In this document: one piece after another, positions 13,240-26,168 of the stretch
How the letters are laid out: the number at the start of each line of letters is the position of its first letter
Position numbering within the stretch: the first letter of the stretch is position 1
Assembly (NCBI GenBank): GCA_951406725.2
Contig: OX597834.1
Span: forward strand, 43,214,001 to 43,278,000
Length of the DNA stretch: 64,000 nt
Reading direction: 5' to 3'
Source: Octopus vulgaris
Taxonomy: Eukaryota
The notes under the pieces: model-generated
Seen by the model: the letters and a program-made list of their open reading frames with translations, nothing else
Told to the model about the DNA's origin: nothing
Database searches by the model: none
Position numbers and translations under genes: made by a program

Positions 13240-13970
13240 GTTTCAAAGTGGTCAAATAGTTGGTGCTTGTATGGCCGATACTAGCGTAACGAAAGGAGCC
13301 TGAAAGTTTGGTGTATCAAGAAGTACTGTCTTGAAAGCAATGACAGTCTTCGAGAAAGAGGGAAAAACCTTCTCGTCGAAACAAAAAAGTATACGTGTGA
13401 AGACAGTCAACAGAAGCATTTGACCCAGACTGCCTTCTTCAACTGTTAAACATGGAGAAGGATCTGTGATGAACTGGGGGCTATATCTGCCGGCCCAATG
13501 GTTTCCTTCCATGGCAGAATTAATAGTCAAGTCTATTTAAGCATTTTTATCTGATCAAATTCATTCTATGGTTGCGGAACTCTTTCTGAAAGGAAACGCA
13601 ATCTTTCAGGATGATAATGCACCAATTGACACAGTTAAAATTTTTACTGAATGCCACGAGGAACATTCTAATGAAGTTGAACATTTTATCTGGTCAACAC
13701 CGTCCCCAGATCTCAATATTATTGAACATTTATGGTGCAAGTTAGAAAAACAAGTAAGGAGTCGATATCCCCTACCCTCATCACTACAAGAACTGGAGAC
13801 TATTTTAGATGAAGAATGGACAAAAACTCCTTTGTAAACAATTCAAACTTTGTACGGGTCCATACCTCGAAGAATTCAAGCTGTAATTAGTGCTAAAGGC
13901 CGTCCTACTCTATATTAAAATAAATTTGTTTCAAATTTTAAGGTGCTTCACTTATTTTCTCCAACTCTTG
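13240..13970 (+). mobile_element. Decayed Tc1-like transposon with DD36E catalytic spacing
   Basis: FQSGQIVGACMADTSVTK..FGVSRSTV (paired-like HTH), TVKHGEGSVMNWG, FQDDNAP-...-SPDLNIIEHLW with 36 residues between the second D and E; stops, frameshifts and an internal deletion; putative right end ...TTCTCCAACTCTTG|TA. Confidence 0.9.
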
Positions 13971-14014
13971 TATATCTGTATACAGCTATATATGCGTCGG
14001 TGTGTGTGTGTGTA

Positions 14015-14340
<326 letters not shown>

Positions 14341-14405
14341 ATAGATAGATATATGAATATTAACTATATATATATATATACGTTTAAATGACCAGTCCGA
14401 AATAT

Positions 14406-14444
<39 letters not shown>

Positions 14445-14463
14445 TATATATACAGACCTCTAG

Positions 14464-14501
<38 letters not shown>

Positions 14502-14519
14502 TCCTGGAAATGTTGCACA

Positions 14520-15093
14520 TTTGCAACGGGAGTTGGACGCAACATGTGGGCAGAGGACAACAACATGCAGTTTAATGCAGGAAAATTCCAGTCCTTACGC
14601 TGCCAGCACACAAAGCTAAACGACATGCAAACAGGATACACTGACCCAGGAGGAACGAAGGCGGGAGAGATATGCAGTGATATACATCTGGAAAATCCTA
14701 GAAGACCTTGGACCAAATTTTGGCATTGAAAGTTACTCAAACTGCAGAACGGAGCGCCTCTGTACAGTACCAAAGATCCCAGCATCGCCATCAAAATACA
14801 AGCAGATACTGAAACAGCTTGGGCTTCAAGGGCCCAGAGCTTTCAATATCCTTCCAAAATGCATAAGAGACCTGCATGGTGTAGATGTAAGTGTCTTTAA
14901 AACAACCATGGATATCTTCCTGTTATGGGTTCCAGACGAGCCCACCTCACGGCAAGAAGCACAGATGAGGGCAGCAGCATCAAACTCGCTCATGGACCAA
15001 ATGTCACATATCAGAGGGGGTTCCAAATAATGGTGTAGATCAGTCAACGGTGGTGCTCCTGCATGACCGAAACTTTGCAGTTGAAACATTTTA
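14520..15093 (+). mobile_element. CR1/L2-group LINE, 3' end of ORF2 plus 3' tail, internally deleted
   Basis: WAEDNNMQFNAGKFQ (post-RT W...N.M.FN..K motif), [39 protein letters not shown], stop at 15030, then tail GGTGGTGCTCCTGCATGACC...TTGAAAC. Confidence 0.8.
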
Positions 15094-15164
15094 AAACAGA
15101 AACACACATAAAAAAATATACACATATATATATATATATATAGATAGATAGATACGCGTGTGCT

Positions 15165-15195
<31 letters not shown>

Positions 15196-15224
15196 GTGTG
15201 TATGTATGTATGTAAATATATATA

Positions 15225-15276
<52 letters not shown>

Positions 15277-17179
15277 CAAGGCTGAATCATATAGAAGAAT
15301 GCAAATATAAATATATATATATGAACTTATAAATAACTACATATATATATATATATGTATGTATGTATATTTTCACACACGCATATACCTGCATGTGTGT
15401 GCGTGCATGCGCCTGCGCGACTTATAGATATACATATAGTAATGTGTGTACATGTGTTTCTGGATATATACAATAGCACATTACACGTGTTGTCTGTCGT
15501 CGTTCTAATACACACATTTACACACGCGCGCACACAAATACATTCACTCTCTCTCTCAATCTCTAACTTTGTCTCTTTGTCCATCTCTCTCTCTCTCTCT
15601 CTTCCATATATATTGTGTATTCACCATTTTTATTATTCTCTCTTATGTTCGACGTCTTCCCCTTTTGTACATATTATCTTCATATCGCTGTTTATGATAC
15701 TCAATATCTGAATGCGTCCAGGCGTGCAGAACATTTTTCAAATATATCACAAACACAAATTACTTGAATATGTCTGTGTCATCGTAAATAACTTACTGTG
15801 TGTTTCTAATCATAGATGAAACTTTTGAGCTTCATAGAAATCATAGGGGCACATAATCTTATGTGTAATTTTTAGCCAAAACACAGCTATAAGTCATCTA
15901 CTAATTCATATATATATATATATATATGTGTGTGTGTATGTATGTACATATATGTCCCCAACATAATATTCTTTCTTCTTTTTCTCCCCCATTGCCATTT
16001 CTAGCTACATTAAGAGAAAACAAATAGGCCTTTCATAATACCACTTCATCTTATGTTTCTGTAGAATAACTTGTATGAGGAAAACTTGCCAAATAATATT
16101 ACGAGCGTATAGTAATGTCGGAATGCATAAAGTATGAGAGATATTCAGATGAACATATGTAGAGGGGTAGGCGTTGGTGAGTGAGGTTGGCTGTAGATGG
16201 CCCATAATAGATAAGATATGTAAAGAAGTATGCTATAGAATGATATATCGAGAGAAATATGAGAAAACGTCGCGCAAAACACTTAAAGAGATTCAAATGG
16301 GCGGATGAATTTCAAGGCGAACAGGGGTTATAAAGAATCGCAGTCAATATTAAAGCTACTAAATATTTCCAATTGACATGAAAGTTCGCGAGTCATTTAT
16401 TGCTATAATATACAATGATTAGTTGCGCTCTATAGGTTAGCCATTTTATGATGATTTTTTGCTTGACTAAGAATTTATTGCAAAGCTAGGAAAATCTTTA
16501 TTAAATATAATCTAGCAGTTTTCCGTTTAAACTGCCATTTCTTGATTGTGTAGTGTGTGAATAAAATTATTCTCGTTGACAAAGTTTTGGCAAAGACGAG
16601 TAGAAAAGTGATTTTGTTTCGGAGAAAGGTAGCAGAAAGCTGATTTGCTTAAAGTACAACGGACGTGTGATCAGACTCGCGTTTACAAAGACACGAAACA
16701 GATTTAGTATAATAAAATCAAACACGAATGAAAAAGAAGAAATATGTAAATATCGACCATTATCTACTTTCGCCGTTCATTCATTTCCCCATACTCTACT
16801 TGATAGACTTGTAAGGCTAAATTGTACATTTATGCTTTTTGAAATTAGTCATGTTTTCGCTTTGGAGTGCGGATATATCTATTCAACAGTAAAAGTCTTT
16901 GTCGTTCGGCGTCCCATTACGTAATATTATTGTAAACGATGCTGTGCCACTGTTTCGTATTTTGCATAATTTTAACATAAACTTTCCATTTAACAATAGA
17001 TAACGGACTTTCAAATCGTCTGAAGTCAAATTCTTGCATATATATATGTCCGCATACATACATAAATACATAAATTCATACGTACGTGCTTCCATAGCTA
17101 TAGTTTTACATACATACATACATAAACATATATATATGTATGTATATGAATATATATGTATATGCATGTATAAGTATAA

Positions 17180-17264
<85 letters not shown>

Positions 17265-17281
17265 CGTATGTACCTACCTAC

Positions 17282-17339
<58 letters not shown>

Positions 17340-17600
17340 GTATGTATATGTATATGTATGTATATAAACGCACGTATTCGGTTTCTTTCAAGATGTGGAA
17401 CTCTGTCCGTTGCTCTATTGTATTGATGTTAAACTATAGAACTATAGAAGTATGTAGTAGCTATATCTATGTTCTCTATAATTCTTCGCGTATTATTACT
17501 TATTATTGAATTGATCTACATCAAATTATTTCTGCTCCCTCAAGCAATATGAGCGCGAAACACGCTCACACATAAATACACTCCGCTGAGTCTCACGGGT

Positions 17601-17637
<37 letters not shown>

Positions 17638-17928
17638 AGCACTCACTCACACACACACAGATGTTTGCGCACACACATTCATACATCACAGAAATACACA
17701 CACTCACTCACGTACACAGAGAAGCATACACGTGGCAAACAGATTATACACATTACACAGCTTTTACAATATTACGAGTGTATATGTGTGGTGCGAGTGT
17801 GCGTGAGTGCATGGGTGTGTTTGTGAGTGTGTATGTGTATGCGCCTGTGTCTGTTTGTATAGATGTATATATTTACTTGCATATACCGTATGTATATATG
17901 TATTCATATATATACATGTGTGTGTGTA

Positions 17929-18309
17929 GGCGCAGAAGTGGCTGTGTGGTAAGTAGCTTGCTTACCAACCACATGGTTCCGGGTTCAGTGTCTTCTACTA
18001 TGGCCTCAGGCTGACAAAAGCCTTGTGGGTGGATTTGGTAGACGGAAACTGAAAGAAGCCCGTCGTATATATGTATATACATGTATATATGTGTGTTTGT
18101 GCTTGTGTGTCTGTGTTTGTCCCCCCCCCCCCCAGATCGCTTGACAACCGATGCTGGTATGTTTACGTCCCCGTAAATTAGCGGTTCGGCAAAAGAGACC
18201 GATAGAATAAGTACCAGGCTTACAAAGAATAAGTCTTGGGGTCGATTTGCTCGACTAAAGGCGGTGCTCCAGCATGGCCACAGTCACATGACTGAAACGA
18301 GTAAAAGAG
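17929..18309 (+). mobile_element. SINE-A, near full length
   Basis: GGCGCAGAAGTGGCTGTGTGGTAAG (A box), GGGTTCAGT (B box), short internal deletion, internal (TA)/(TG) tract, tail ...GACTGAAACGAGTAAAAGAG. Confidence 0.92.
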
Positions 18310-18859
18310 TTGCAAAGTTGGGGATGCGATATATTCTTGTTGGTCTGTCTATATTTTCTTGAATGCATTTACTTCGGTAATATCCTGACGGTCGCAGCTA
18401 TGATGGATTCTGAAAACGTTGATTCTGTATTTTCAAGAATTTCTTTCCATTGCGTATTTCGGCTTGGCTTTCTGAATTACATCTTGCATTCTTCACTAAG
18501 GTGAAATGCATCATAATGGTATCTGACGAACAAAGCTAAGATAATAGGATCTTGGATCTATGAAAGGTAACTTGAGTATCTGGAAGCATGGAACAAAAAT
18601 AAGGCTTGAAAAAGAGTTATTGCCTAATCCAACTTCAACTGTACACTACGAAACTTATGATCAATGCCGTTACAGACAAGCTTAATCTGTTTATTTATAC
18701 AGCTATAATACAAATTTTACCAGGCAAATGCATAGGAATCTGTTATATACAATTACATAGAAATCTATTTTATCAGAAGCCATTTACATCCTCATAAAAT
18801 CGATATTTTTACACTTAAATACGTAGACTACATAACTGAGGCCAGTTTATCATTTCTTG

Positions 18860-18988
18860 CTCAAACATTTGTTACCTAACTACATAGTTGCGCGTTCGGA
18901 TTCATTGCGTAGTCTTCTGCTCTGGCCTCGTGCCAACCAAAGCCTTTTGAGTGGACTTGCTAAACGGATAGTGAAAAGAAAGGCTGTC

Positions 18989-19041
<53 letters not shown>

Positions 19042-19368
19042 TACATACATATATGTATATATACACATACATATATATAAATATATAAATAAATAAATAT
19101 ATATATATAAAGAGAGAGTAAAAGAGAGAGAGAGAGTATACACACATGCATATGTGTGTGTGTGTGTTTGCATCTGTGCTTCTCCTGCCATCACCACTTG
19201 AGAACCGGTGTTGATGTGTTTACGTCCCCGTAATTTAGAGGTTCGGCAAAAGTGATAGTTTGAATAAGTGCCAGACTTTAATAAAGAAAACAAATTTTGG
19301 TTTCTTCAAGACGGTGCCCCAGTATGGCCGACGAAGTTCAATGACTGGAACAAGTAAAAGATAAAAGA
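18860..19368 (+). mobile_element. SINE-A, older diverged copy with expanded internal microsatellite
   Basis: GCCAACCAAAGCCTTTTGAGTGGA...GTCGTA, about 175 bp of (TA)/(GA)/(TG), then TTACGTCCCCGTAA...GACGGTGCCCCAGTATGGCC...AACAAGTAAAAGATAAAAGA. Confidence 0.8.
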
Positions 19369-19474
19369 CATTAATAAAAGAAGTTGCATCGTGGGGCTGA
19401 GTTTTGTTAGTTTACTGGAATGTTTAAACTGCAAATGAATTCAAATATACGTTGGTGTTATAGAAAATATATGA

Positions 19475-19682
19475 AGGCGGTGAGCTGGCAGACGCGTTAG
19501 CACGCCGGACGAAATGATTAGCAGCACTTTATCCGTCTTTACTTTTTCAGTTCAAATGGCGCCGGGGTCAACTTTGCCATTCATTCTTTCAGGGTCGATA
19601 AAATGCGTACCAGTTGAGCACCTGGATTTGATGTTATCGACTTTCCACAAAATTGCTGGTCTTCATCCTAAAATTTGAAGTC
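19475..19682 (+). mobile_element. SINE-B with degraded tail B2 and TSD
   Basis: GGCGGTGAGCTGGCAGACGCGTTAGCACGCCGGACGAAATG... core ...; flanked by TTATAGAAAATATAT / TTATATAAAATATAT. Confidence 0.85.
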
Positions 19683-20281
19683 ATTATATAAAATATATCA
19701 GGTTTGATAAATTTAGAAATCTAATTATCCAACTATTTAAATAATTAACAAGGTATACTTCAATAATTATTAAAGCCTATTAATTGAATTCTTAAAAAGG
19801 ATGTTTGCATTCATATATATTACAAATTATATGCTAAATGATGTCTTAATATTTCTCTTTAAACGATTTAAAGGTTAAGTATTCAAAATTTTAAATTTTA
19901 GTTAATTATATGAATATGAGAATTTATTTTTCTTCCACTATCAATTACTTCGATGACACCTGAAGAGTGAAAGTTTAGGCCCAATCCGATTAGATACGTA
20001 GCGAAATACAGTGATAGCTCGCAGTACGAGATTAATTCGTCCCATGACCGAGCTCGTCTTACTAATTATTCGTTTTACAAATCCATTTTTCCCACTGAAA
20101 TGAACTAAAATATAATTAATGCGTTCCAGCACCCACTAAACCACTTAAAAATAATTTTTATGAGTTTTAAAACAGAAAAGTTGTAGTTACAAGTTAAATT
20201 AGAAAATTACTAGTTATAAATCTCACAACGTGAGATATTTAGTAACAGTACTTTGTGGTAAAGATTCTTTGCCAACATAAC

Positions 20282-20583
20282 ATGGCAGTCCTGGTTTAGG
20301 ACGAATGTTGCTGTAATTTAGCCCCAGGAGACACCGTCTCCAGCTGGCTATACGATACGATCTGTGTCCTTATATTTTCGAACAAGGGAATCTAGCACCC
20401 CCACTCAGCTGATGAAGAGAAATAACCCAAGAATTGTGATACACAGATATTGTTTTGAGCTGGATGGGGTTGCTAGATTCCCTTGTTCGAAAATATAAGG
20501 ATACAGATCGTGTTGTATAACCAGCTGGAGACGATGTCTCCTGGGGCTAAATTACAACATTAGTCGTAAACCTTGACTACCAT
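20282..20583. mobile_element. Fold-back / MITE-like element with about 125-bp inverted arms
   Basis: 20282-20405 is the reverse complement of about 20460-20583 (e.g. AATTTAGCCCCAGGAGAC / GTCTCCTGGGGCTAAATT); a diverged fragment of the same arm lies at 26252-26308. Confidence 0.8.
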
Positions 20584-20740
20584 ATATACGACGGACTTCT
20601 TTCAGTTTCCGTCTACTAAATTCACTCACAAGGCTTTGGTCGGCCCGATGCCATAGTAGAGGACACTTGCCCAAGGTGCCAAGCAGTGGGAATGAATTTG
20701 GAACCATGTGGTTGGTAAGCAAGGTACTTACCACACAACC
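20584..20740 (-). mobile_element. SINE-A 5' half
   Basis: ACGACGGACTTCTTTCAGTTTCCGTCTAC...CACTTGCCCAAGGTGCC...CTTACCACAC is the reverse complement of the SINE-A head. Confidence 0.85.
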
Positions 20741-20988
20741 AATATAGGTTAAATACATTATAGAAATATATAACACACATATAAATTCCTGTGTATACAT
20801 GCAAATAAGTTTCAATATTTGTATTTTGCATATCTTCATCTCTGCACACACACACACACAGAGGCGCAAAAATAGATATATACATTTGAACAAAACAGAA
20901 AATGAAATGTATAGATTGTAATACATGTTTATATACATGTTTACATACATGTGATGTATATATATATATATATGCATTTATGTATGTA

Positions 20989-21037
<49 letters not shown>

Positions 21038-22105
21038 GTATATATATATATTTATATATATATATATACACATACATATATAAACTTACATATAAACACA
21101 TGCATGTATATATGTAACAGGGTATGTATGTTGGGTATACATGTATTTATATACGTTTGTGTCTATATATCGTTCCAATTCCTCCACATGTTCGACTGAT
21201 TTGTACCCGGTTTCTGTTCGGCAAATTTTTATCGCAGGTTACTCGTCCATGTGACTCTGTGAGAAAGAAAAGACAGAATCTATGAAATTAGGGTGTGTAC
21301 ATTCCACCCGGGGTCTTGAGATTATGACTAATTTCACAAGAAACTTTTAGGAATATTGTTGATGCACGTTCAATGATCGGGCGAAAACCACAAACCTTTA
21401 TTATACTCATAGTATACAATTCGTCTCAGACACCCCGGTAGAAGCTAGTCACCCAAGGTACCGGGTACATAGGACCTACCGAAACTATTTACTCGGACTT
21501 TTTATCAGTATAGCAGCGTCTGCTCCCACATCAAGGGAAGTAACTCGAGTGAGTTTATGTGTATGTGTGTGTGTGTGTTGGTGCGTGTGTCTATATAAGC
21601 ATGTGGGTGGTTGTATGCGTGTGTGTCTGTTTTTGTGCGTGTAGTGGGTGGTGTGCGTTTGTTCGTCTGTATGCTGTATGTTTGTTGAGGATTACAGCGA
21701 AAGAAGAGAGAATATATCCTGCTGATCATTGTGCTACATCAAAATATCTGTGTGTGTGTGTGTGTGTGTGTATCTGCCTATGTGTCTGTGTGTCTGGCTG
21801 ATGCATTTATCTATGCGTGTATGCATATATAAGCCTGTTTTGGCGGGTGTGAGTCTGTGTTTTTATATGCATCTGTGTATTTTTGCGAGAGAGTGTGTTT
21901 GTCCGTGTGTGCGTGGTTGCTGCTTGACTCTGTGCTGGAGATCAAAGTTTGTAGCTTGTGGTAAGCATTTACTCAGAAATTATATCGAAGCTGTTCATTT
22001 TCTTATTTATAATGAATGCGTCACATAGTTTTGACTTTAAGAGTACCTTATACCGTGAAGTATGCACTTGTAGTAATGCCCTTAATATGATATAATCAAG
22101 AATAA

Positions 22106-22333
22106 GACGGTGAGCTGGCAGAAACTTTAGCACGCCGGGCGAAATGCTAAGCGGTATTTCGTCTGCCGCTACATTCTGAGTTCAAATTCCGCCGATGTCG
22201 ACTTTGCCTTTCATCCTTTCGGGGTCGATTAAATAAGTACCAGTTACGCACTGAGGTAGATATAATCGACTTAATCCGTTGATCTGTCCTTGTTTGTCCT
22301 CTGTGTTTAGTCCTTTGTGGGTAGTAAAGAAAT
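22106..22333 (+). mobile_element. SINE-B with tail B1 and TSD
   Basis: GACGGTGAGCTGGCAGAAAC...GAGTTCAAATTCC (B box)...TTTGCCTTTCATCCTTTCGGGGTCGAT...GTGGGTAGTAAAGAAAT; TSD ATATAATCAAGAA at 22090-22102 and 22338-22350. Confidence 0.92.
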
Positions 22334-23205
22334 TATAATATAATCAAGAACAATGCACGAAAGAAGGGCTTATTGACATTCCAATAAGGACCACCTAGTC
22401 TTATTTTCAGTGTGTATGCTCTAGAACGACACTATCAACTGTGTTCTTTCTCGTTTAATATGGCAGAATATAAAATGAATTACTGTTACAGACTTGAGCG
22501 GCCATTTCTATGCTCACCTCTGTAGTGGTAATAGTCTTAAATCTGCTATTTAAACTGAGATCAGATTTTATTTAGAAACATAATTATCGGTATGACTACA
22601 GCGCCCAAGGCTTGTTCCGTACATGACGCAAGGGATCAATTTGTATTTTATGTGTCCCTTTTTCTAAAAACACCTTCGGGTATTGGTGACCAAACAACGG
22701 TGTAAAAGAGCATCAAAATTAAAGTTATTGCTGAGCAAGACTTAGCGGACATGGTGGACTCGAAGCGATTTTGAATCCTGGAAAAGATGAATCAGTGTCA
22801 TGAGGATATCTGCCGGGTATGAAAATACCGATATCGTGACTACTGATCAATGATGTATAAACGCCTGATTTTCAAATACTTATTTCTTCATATTTGGAGA
22901 TGATATCATTTGCCGCCTTTGCTATCATTTCTTGAAGCGAATTTAATTTCATTAAGTTTAGAATTTTTCTTTGTTATAGCTTTATCAATCTTTCTTCTAA
23001 TACAATCCACACAAACTTGTTTCAGCTATTTCTCTTCGCTCATTTTCATATATTTTATACATACGTAACTACATACAAACGTGTACATATATATATATAT
23101 AGTTGGGTATATACATACAGATACACAAATACACAAACATACACAAACTCACACACACACACTTACACACACACACTTACACACTCAAATAAGCCCACAT
23201 ATACA

Positions 23206-23206
<1 letters not shown>

Positions 23207-23268
<62 letters not shown>

Positions 23269-23269
23269 T

Positions 23270-23312
<43 letters not shown>

Positions 23313-23325
23313 ATAATAATAATAA
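23207..23325. repeat. (TAC)n/(TAA)n trinucleotide repeat
   Basis: Directly visible; source of the poly-Y and poly-T pseudo-ORFs. Confidence 0.95.
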
Positions 23326-23746
23326 GTAATAAGGATTATTTCGAAGTAGTATAGCATTACCTTTAATTACTTTTTATAATATATACAGCTTCCAAAAGAC
23401 CTACACGTGTTTCTGCTACATGGATTGTAAGCGTTAAGCATTTACTTATAGTAATGCCCTTAATATAATATAATATAATATAATATAATATAATGTAATT
23501 ATATAATATATAGATATATGTGTGTGTGTGCGCGTGTGTGTGTGTGTGCGCGTGTGTGTGTGTGTGTGTAACGTTTGTATACCATATCAACTTGCTTGCG
23601 CTGTAAGAACCGACGTTACACTTACTTTTCACCCCAGGAAGACGACACTATCATCTAGGTATTCGATGCAATTTGCACCCTGTATCTGTCATAGAGACTT
23701 CCTTGTGTGTGTGTGAAGAGAGAGAGAGTGAGTAAGAGAGAGACTT

Positions 23747-23799
<53 letters not shown>

Positions 23800-24567
23800 G
23801 GCATAGATAGATATATAGATAGATAATCAATATATATATAAGAGAGAGAGATAGTCTGACAGCTGTAATAACAAGCAGGCTTACTGACTGATGGCCACAG
23901 CAGTATCTATGTTGGATAGATGTGTACGTGTGTTCGCCTCCGCCTTTAGACTTGCAAAACTTTGACCGTTGCCAATGAAGATCTCTTCTGTTTGTATGTG
24001 TGATGGGTCTAAGCATTGTTTGTGAACGCACACCAATGTTTTCCACATTGAATATACACATGCATATACACACATACGCACACACGCACACACACACACA
24101 CGCACAGGTGCGCGCACACACACGCGTTCACAAACACACAAACACACACACAGACACCAAATACGTCCACGTGTTTGCTTGTTTATGTCTGTTCGCGTGC
24201 GTGTGTGGTTATTATGTTAATGTTTGTGTGTTGTAACTGATCTTGCCTAGCTTCAGTATCGATCTTTAATTGGTGATTTTCTACATTTAATTAATGAATT
24301 CGTATATGCGGACCAAAATAATAATAATTGGCGTAATTAGCATGTTAGCATTGTCAGACAGAGAAGCTGGGTTCGATTTTTGATACGCTACTCTTGTACC
24401 AAAATGTATTGCGTTAGATGGTTGATTAAACTTCGATTTCTTGGTGTTGGTAGGTGTTGTTGTTGTTGTTGTTACTGCTGTTCTTGTTATGAGTAGTTGT
24501 ACTTTTGTTTTGTGTTGCTGCTATTGTTTTTCTTATTATTGCTGCTGCTTGGATACAAGCACAAATG

Positions 24568-24604
<37 letters not shown>

Positions 24605-24672
24605 AAATAGGTTGATATACTATTAAATAGTGAGATAGGTTAATAGACAGCCAGACAGACAGAATGACAGAC

Positions 24673-24713
<41 letters not shown>

Positions 24714-24825
24714 CATACATACATACATACATACATACATACATACATACATACATACATACATACATACATGCATACATATATACATACATACATATGT
24801 AGATAGATAGTCAGTTAGATGGATG

Positions 24826-24908
<83 letters not shown>

Positions 24909-24918
24909 CGATAGATAG

Positions 24919-25390
24919 ATTTCTTTATTGGCCACGCGGGGCTGAGCACAGAGGGACAAAATACAAAGTAGAGCTTTTTTTGGGGAAGAAGGATAAAAAA
25001 AGTGGGGCCGATCAATAGGGATCGTGTATCACAGAAATGTCAATGAAAAAAGGGAAAACACATTAGGTTCGTCTGTGGATAGAAAAGCCTACGGAAAAGA
25101 CCTCGGGAACCTTGGACAATAGTGTCAGGTAAAAAGAAAACAAATTACAGTAAGTGGCTCTCTTTTTCCTTTCGTTTTTTCTTTTCATTTTGGTTCATAG
25201 GATTATGCTCAAGGTGGCTCCGTCATTCACACGTGCCATCCTTGCTACATTCACCCATCTTTTTTTGAAGCATTCACTAGACAAAACTTCCCTCTCTACT
25301 CTCACCTTCCTTTTCAAGCAATATTTGAAGAAGTTGATGAGGGATTAACCAGAGAGGAAAGTGTTTGTCTCTAGACCTTTCCGACGCGAC
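24919..25390 (-). mobile_element. L1/Tx1-group LINE 3' end (ORF2 C-terminus + 3'UTR) abutting a (ATCT)n tract
   Basis: Minus strand SRRKGLETNTFLSG*SLINFFKYCLKRKVRVEREVLSSECFKKRWVNVARMARVNDGATLSIIL* (stop 25195-25197) resembles the F..RW C-terminus of Tx1-type ORF2; pyrimidine-rich 3'UTR ends ...GTGGCCAATAAAGAAAT then (CTAT)n. Clade call is from motif memory. Confidence 0.65.
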
Positions 25391-25763
25391 TGCAGTCTTG
25401 ATGAGGCAACTCAGTCAGTAGTTTAGACGCCGCAGGGACGACAACTTTCAAGAAATAGCTGCATGAGATATAACTTATCACAGGCATTTCCATTCGGAAA
25501 GTCCCGCGGTCAGTACGTTCGCCACGACTGTCTTAGTCAAACAAATCGACTGCGGCACAGTTTTTAAGAACTGGTAGTCATTCTATCCCTGGCTCTTGTC
25601 GAATCGCTAATTTACAGGAACGCAAAGAATCGAGCACTGCTTTGACAAATGGTAAGAAGTAATGATCAGAAACACAAAGACACACACATAAATGCATACA
25701 TGCATCTCTCCCTCCTTTAACCTCTCTCTCCACTCTTCCTCTCCTTCTCCCGACCTTTATATG

Positions 25764-25842
<79 letters not shown>

Positions 25843-25889
25843 ATATATATATACACACATTATGAAAAACCTGGAATAAGAAAATTGTG

Positions 25890-26098
25890 CGAATTTGCTT
25901 TTTGTCCATATTGTATTCAACCTTCCAGAAAAAAATGGCCTAATTATTCAAAAAAAAAAAGAGTAACATGATTAGATAGAGCAAAACACTGGCTTTAAAA
26001 TGATATATAAAGTCAAAGTAATTAAGCGAATATTAATTTGAAAGTACATAATTTAAAACCAAAATTTAAAATTGCGCAAGAACTTTCTTGACAACCTA

Positions 26099-26099
<1 letters not shown>
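25890..26099 (+). mobile_element. Mariner 3' remnant with right TIR
   Basis: Ends GAACTTTCTTGACAACCTAA|TA, similar to the TIR at 871-890; upstream TATTCAACCTTCCAGAAAAAAATGG resembles the GI..LPERW mariner C-terminus. Confidence 0.55.

Positions 26100-26167
<68 letters not shown>

Positions 26168-26168
<1 letters not shown>

Noticed and set aside
21305-21441. Weak inverted ends ACCCGGGGTCTTGAGA / TCTCAGACACCCCGGT suggesting a small MITE
   Set aside because: Match is short and gapped, with no TSD or second copy.
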